From: an uncultured delta proteobacterium
GTDB taxonomy: Bacteria > Myxococcota_A > Polyangia > Polyangiales > Polyangiaceae
NCBI GenBank assembly: GCA_963696385.1
Contig: CAVOKF010000003.1
Location: 288,001-352,000, forward strand
Length of the DNA: 64,000 nucleotides
Direction: 5' to 3'
In this document: positions 59,550 through 64,000 of the stretch, piece by piece
Layout: every line of letters starts with the position of its first letter
Position numbering within the stretch: position 1 is the first letter of the stretch
Notes under the pieces: model-generated
The model's input: the letters and a program-made list of their open reading frames with translations, nothing else
What the model was told of the DNA's origin: nothing
Database searches by the model: none
Translations under genes and position numbers: made by a program

Positions 59550-60419
59550 GTGGGATCGCCCGGTTCATCGTCCACGCCGAGGCTGTCGGCGAAGGAGCGC
59601 CGTGGTCGTGCTCGATCGGCCCCCGCTCTGGCAACGAATACGCTCCGTCGACTGGCTCGCCAACATCCGACGGCCCGCTGCGAACTGGATCACCGATCCA
59701 CGTTCGAGCTGCTCGTGTCCGTCGTGCTCTCAGCGCAAACGACGGACGTGGCGGTCAACAAGGTCACACCCAAATTGTTCGCCCGCTTTCCGGACGCGCA
59801 CGCTCTGGCCACCGCGGCGCCCCGCGACGTGGAACCTTATGTGTCGACGCTCGGCTTCTTTCGCACGAAGGCCAAGTCGCTCGTGGGTCTGGCGAAAGCG
59901 CTCGTTCGCGATCACGGTGGCGAGGTTCCGCGGACGCTCGATGCCCTGGTCCAACTGCCCGGGGTCGGGCGCAAGACTGCGAACGTGGTCCTCGGGGTCA
60001 TGTGGAATGCCCCCGAAGGGGTCGTGGTCGACACGCATGTGATGCGCCTCAGCCAGCGACTCGGCTGGTCCAAGCAGACGGAACCCGAGAAAATCGAAAA
60101 AGACCTTTGCGTGATCCTGCCGAGGACGGAGTGGAACGCGGCGAGCCACGTACTCATCTTTCACGGCCGCCGCTGCTGCCACGCACGAAAGCCCGCTTGC
60201 ACCGACTGCTCGGTCAACGACGTCTGCCCATCCGCATTCGACGCCGAACAGATCGGTCGAAAGGCGCCGCGAAGACGCCGCGCAGGCGGCCCCGCGACCG
60301 ACGGAAAACCTCGACCGAGCGGAGACGGGGCGGCCGCCTCCGCAATGGGCCGAAATCCGCCGCGAGGTCGGGGTCCGGCTGCTGCTCGAACGGCTACTTC
60401 CTTGCGCGAAACGCGTTGA
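59550..60419 (+). CDS. nth: Endonuclease III
   Basis: LSAQTTD, HhH LPGVGRKTANVV, VVDTHV, and 4Fe-4S motif CHARKPACTDCSVNDVC. Confidence 0.95.
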   Translation: MGSPGSSSTPRLSAKERRGRARSAPALATNTLRRLARQHPTARCELDHRSTFELLVSVVLSAQTTDVAVNKVTPKLFARFPDAHALATAAPRDVEPYVSTLGFFRTKAKSLVGLAKALVRDHGGEVPRTLDALVQLPGVGRKTANVVLGVMWNAPEGVVVDTHVMRLSQRLGWSKQTEPEKIEKDLCVILPRTEWNAASHVLIFHGRRCCHARKPACTDCSVNDVCPSAFDAEQIGRKAPRRRRAGGPATDGKPRPSGDGAAASAMGRNPPRGRGPAAARTATSLRETR

Positions 60420-61428
60420 CCAAGCGCTCGGTTGCGGTATACGGGTCCACCCCTCGGTTCTCCACCTCGCGGACTGCATCGTCGATTCGATCGCCGAGGT
60501 CGTGAATGGCGGCATCGAGGAGCGCCTCCCGCAAAGCCTGGCGAAGCTCTTCGTCGAGCCGGGATCGCCGTCGGTTTCGGCCCGCCACCGTTCCTTCGAG
60601 CCAACCCCGGTGTCGGCCCAGCGCCCGCACGACTTCGTCGACGCCGTCGCCGCGCGTGGCGATGCATTTGACGATAGGCGGGGTCCAGGTTTCGTCGTCT
60701 GAAAGGGCCGAGCGCGGCCTGATGGGTCCTGCGCGCGCACCGTGCGTCACGGCGCCGATGCCCTTGGGAAGTGACCGCATGGCTTCGTTGCCCAGCGAAA
60801 TCATGAGCTCGAGATCGTGCGCGGTCGCGTCCGCGCCGTCTCGATCGGATTTGTTGACGGCGAAGACATCGGCGCACTCGAGCAGTCCGGCCTTGATCGC
60901 CTGAACCTCGTCTCCAAGACCGGGCGTCATCACCACGAGGGTCGAATGGGCGGTGCGGGTGATCTCGATCTCGTCCTGGCCGACGCCGACGGTCTCGACA
61001 AGGATGACGCCGTACGCGGCGGCGTCGAGCACGCGCACGATGTCGCGAGCGCTTCTCGAGAGTCCGCCCAGATGCCCGCGGGTTGCCACGGAACGAATGA
61101 AGACGTCCGCGTCGTTCGCGTGGCGCTGCATTCGGATGCGGTCTCCGAGAATAGCCCCGCCCGAGTAAGGGCTCGTGGGGTCGACCGCAACGACGCCCAC
61201 TCGATCGTGACGCTGCCGGTATGCCGTGATGAGCCGGTCGCACATCGTGGACTTTCCCGCGCCGGGGTTCCCGGTGACACCCAGGACCCATGCCCGGCCG
61301 GTATGCGGCCAGAGGTCCTTCATCAGTTCGTCGCCGCCCGGCAACCGGTCGTCGACGACCCGAAGCGCGCGGGCGATACCACGCGGATCTCGCGCCAGAA
61401 CGCGTTGTACGAGATCAAGTCGATCCAC
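60394..61428 (-). CDS. meaB: Methylmalonyl-CoA mutase-associated GTPase MeaB/ArgK
   Basis: GNPGAGKST, VDPTSPYSGGAILGDRIRM, ETVGVGQDE, GDEVQAIKAG, VNKSD. Confidence 0.93.
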   Translation of the reverse strand: MDRLDLVQRVLARDPRGIARALRVVDDRLPGGDELMKDLWPHTGRAWVLGVTGNPGAGKSTMCDRLITAYRQRHDRVGVVAVDPTSPYSGGAILGDRIRMQRHANDADVFIRSVATRGHLGGLSRSARDIVRVLDAAAYGVILVETVGVGQDEIEITRTAHSTLVVMTPGLGDEVQAIKAGLLECADVFAVNKSDRDGADATAHDLELMISLGNEAMRSLPKGIGAVTHGARAGPIRPRSALSDDETWTPPIVKCIATRGDGVDEVVRALGRHRGWLEGTVAGRNRRRSRLDEELRQALREALLDAAIHDLGDRIDDAVREVENRGVDPYTATERLVNAFRARK

Positions 61429-61477
61429 GGAATTGACGAGAGCCGGGGCCCTGCTTTCCGTCTTAGTCTAGCCGCCC

Positions 61478-62767
61478 TCAACGCAGGGCCGCGAGTTTGG
61501 CCCGCACGCCGTCGCGATCCACCCCCCCCGCGGAAGCCGACAGGGCGCGGCCATACGCTTCGCGTGCGGCTCGCCGCTCGTTCTGCGCGGCCAGCGCGTC
61601 GCCAAGCGCCGCCCAGCCTGGCGCCCAGTCGGGAAACTCCTCGCTGGCTCGAACGCCGAAGGCGCGGGCACTCGTATCACGGCCCGCAGCATGGCAGGCG
61701 AGGCTTGCATTCACGAGCGGGGTGGGATCGTGGTGGTCGAGCCCCCACGCGGCTTGATACCCCTCGATCGCCAGGTCAATTTCGCCCTTCCGCGCGTTGC
61801 CGTCGGCGACGAGCAACTGCGCGGCGGCGTTGTTGGCCTCGGACCTCAGAGCCGCCTCTCCAGCGCGAATGGCGTCGTCGGCGCGGCCCTCGGCGAGCGC
61901 GACCTGACCCAGCAGAATGCGGGCCTCACCACGGGTCGCGTCAGCGCGCGCGGCGGACTCGGCGGCTTCCTTCGCCTCTGCGACACGGCCCGCGGCGAGG
62001 CGCTCCGCGCCCAGATCGAGCCATGCCTTGCCGAACGAAGGGCGTTCGCGGATCGCCCGCTCGAGCAAGCCGGTCCGCTCCGGCCCGAACGGGAGCGCAC
62101 TCGCCAGCTCGAATAGGCTCTCGGGGCCGAGAGGATCAAGCTCCACCCCTTTCCTCAACTCAGCGAGGCCCTGCGACCGGTCACCGGCCCTCCACAGGAC
62201 ACGCCCCAAGGCCGTGCGCGCGTCCGCTCCGTCGGGTCGCATCGCGATGGCCTCTCGAAAGGAGGCCTCGGCTCGGGCCGAGTCGAGCTCGTATTCGAAC
62301 GCCAGCCCCTGCGCGAGCCGTGCGTCGTAGCACTGTGGGTCTTTCGCAAGCGCCTCCGCCGCTTCGAGCTCTGCCTCCGTCGCTCGCTGCCAGACCAAGT
62401 GCGCGTCTGCGACACACGCATGGCCTTCGGCGCTTGCCCCTGGCACACCGGTGAGTCGCTTGCAGGTGACGAACGCGCGCTGGAAGCTGCCGAGGTCCAT
62501 GTAGACGTGGGGGAGTTCGGTGTCGAGGGCGCGGAGCGCGGTCGGGTTGGCTGCACATACACCGATCCCGCGGCGGAGCTCGACCTCGGCCTCGGCCCAA
62601 CGGCCAGCGCGCCGCAGTGCACGCCCGAACGACAAGGCGGCCTCCCAGTCTCGCGAGTGAGACTGCGCCGCCGCACGTAGGCCCTCGATCTGCGACTCCT
62701 GAGCGGTCCCCGCACGCGGAACCACCAGACCGACCGCCAAAAGGACCGCTCCGAGGAAAACTCTCAT
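61478..62767 (-). CDS. Secreted TPR-repeat protein
   Basis: Signal peptide (MRVFLGAVLLAVGLVVPRAGTA) followed by many TPR-like repeats. Confidence 0.8.
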   Translation of the reverse strand: MRVFLGAVLLAVGLVVPRAGTAQESQIEGLRAAAQSHSRDWEAALSFGRALRRAGRWAEAEVELRRGIGVCAANPTALRALDTELPHVYMDLGSFQRAFVTCKRLTGVPGASAEGHACVADAHLVWQRATEAELEAAEALAKDPQCYDARLAQGLAFEYELDSARAEASFREAIAMRPDGADARTALGRVLWRAGDRSQGLAELRKGVELDPLGPESLFELASALPFGPERTGLLERAIRERPSFGKAWLDLGAERLAAGRVAEAKEAAESAARADATRGEARILLGQVALAEGRADDAIRAGEAALRSEANNAAAQLLVADGNARKGEIDLAIEGYQAAWGLDHHDPTPLVNASLACHAAGRDTSARAFGVRASEEFPDWAPGWAALGDALAAQNERRAAREAYGRALSASAGGVDRDGVRAKLAALR

Positions 62768-62897
62768 TGCCCTCGACCGGCTACTTTGTAGCACATTACC
62801 ACGAATCCTGTCCTCGTCGGTCGCATCCTTGTTGAACAGAAAGGCCGGTTGTGTTCCCTTTCGGCCCCGCGCTTCGCGCCATTACAGAAGGCCACCC

Positions 62898-64000
62898 GTG
62901 ACCAAGACGACCAAGCTGACCGATCTCGTGTCCTTCCAGGACTGCAGCTTCGCTGCCCGGTACGCAACGCGCAAGATTCCGATGACCACGTTGTTCGAGG
63001 GCTACCTGGATGGCCTGATCGACATCCCGGACATGGACGCTTTTCTGGACGCCCGTCGCGAGCTCGTCAGTTATGCGCTGACGAAGCACCACCTGGAGTT
63101 CTTCGTCACCCGCTTCATTCCCGAGGTCGCCATCCACTCCAAGGAACAGGACGAGCGCATCGTTCGCGAGCACTACGATCGCGGCGACGACTTCTTCGAT
63201 GCCTTCCTCGGTGAGCGCATGGTGTACACGAGCGCATTCTTTCGTGACGAGCACGATTCGCTTGAACAGGCGCAAGACAACAAGCTCGACTTGGTGTGTC
63301 GCAAGTTGATGGTTCGATCCCGGCGACGAGATGCTCGACATCGGCTGTGGATGGGGAACCCTTGCGATGTACGCGGCCAAAAACTACGGCGCGAAATCGA
63401 CCGGCATCACGATCAGCAAAAACCAAACGGCCTTCGGAAATCGGCGGATCGCGAAAGCCGGGTTATCGGAGCGAGCTCGTATCGAGTGCCTGGACTATCG
63501 CGACATCCCGAGACGCCAATACGATCGCATCTCGAGCCTCGAAATGGTCGAGCACGTGGGCATCAAGAACTTCGGCAAGTTTTGTCAGCTCGCATACGAT
63601 CTCTTGAAGGACGACGGTCTGTTTTTATTGCAGTGGACGGGTCTACGCCGCGGCGGAGCGCTCGGTGTGCCGGTGATTGGGCTGCGCCCCGAGGACCTCA
63701 TTTGGGGTCTTTTCATGAGCAAGTACATCTTTCCCGGCGCGGATGCTTCGCTCCCGCTGAGCGACGTCGTGAGAGGACTCGAGAGGGTGGGCTTCGAAAT
63801 CCAGTCCGCCGAAAACGTGAGCGTCCACTATGGACTCACGATCCAGCGGTGGCATCAGAACTGGCAAAAGCACGAACACAGCGTGGTCAAAGCGTACGGC
63901 CAGCGCTGGTACCGCCTTTGGCATCTGTTTCTCGCATGGTCGTGGCGGATCGCGATGCAGGGCAACGCCGCTTGCTTTCAGATCGTCGCGCACAAGAACC
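62898..64000 (+). CDS. SAM-dependent lipid methyltransferase of the cyclopropane-synthase family, fungal sphingolipid C9-methyltransferase-like; 1-nt frameshift near 63312; 3' end outside the window
   Basis: Manual translation from GTG 62898 (AGAAGG RBS) gives KIPMTTLFEGYLDG, IPEVAIHSKEQDERIVREHYDRGDDFF, LGERMVYTS and EQAQDNKLDLVCRKL. After a +1 shift it continues DPGDEMLDIGCGWGTLA, DYRDIP, LEMVEHVG, EDLIWGLFMSKYIFPGADASLPL and YGQRWYRLW. Confidence 0.88.
   Translation, partial: MTKTTKLTDLVSFQDCSFAARYATRKIPMTTLFEGYLDGLIDIPDMDAFLDARRELVSYALTKHHLEFFVTRFIPEVAIHSKEQDERIVREHYDRGDDFFDAFLGERMVYTSAFFRDEHDSLEQAQDNKLDLVCRKLMVRSRRRDARHRLWMGNPCDVRGQKLRREIDRHHDQQKPNGLRKSADRESRVIGASSYRVPGLSRHPETPIRSHLEPRNGRARGHQELRQVLSARIRSLEGRRSVFIAVDGSTPRRSARCAGDWAAPRGPHLGSFHEQVHLSRRGCFAPAERRRERTREGGLRNPVRRKRERPLWTHDPAVASELAKARTQRGQSVRPALVPPLASVSRMVVADRDAGQRRLLSDRRAQE

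Noticed and set aside
60817..62454. 545-aa plus-strand ORF
   Set aside because: Arg/Pro-rich antisense shadow of meaB and the TPR gene.

Overview
This is a high-GC bacterial chromosomal segment. Gene content points to Myxococcota, probably Polyangiaceae-like (inference from TPR/kinase proteins, DUF4398-OmpA, Roadblock and an RHH-lepA locus). It is mostly core genes: a split complex I cluster (nuoA-B-C-D-G-H-I), a xylose-type ABC importer, hisZ-purA, xerC, pepP, rluB, lepA, an M16 peptidase pair, bamA, gyrA, nth and meaB. I found no rRNA, tRNA, CRISPR array or transposase. The most notable items are: (1) an archaeal-type topoisomerase VI operon (top6B-top6A) about 4 kb from a stand-alone gyrA; (2) a close look-alike of fungal sphingolipid C9-methyltransferase at the right edge, missed by the ORF track and carrying a 1-nt frameshift; (3) a ~1800-aa protein with a putative EAD/Death-like N-terminus, a pseudokinase, TPRs and a degenerate zincin; (4) three Thr-type sulfatase-fold envelope enzymes, two of them broken by a 1-nt loss in a 7-nt G/C run (phase variation or long-read error); (5) a XylG-XylH fusion; (6) a compact bidirectional promoter between rluB and a cupin gene. 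Family calls come from motif recognition by eye and from memory, with no database searches. Start codons were chosen manually.
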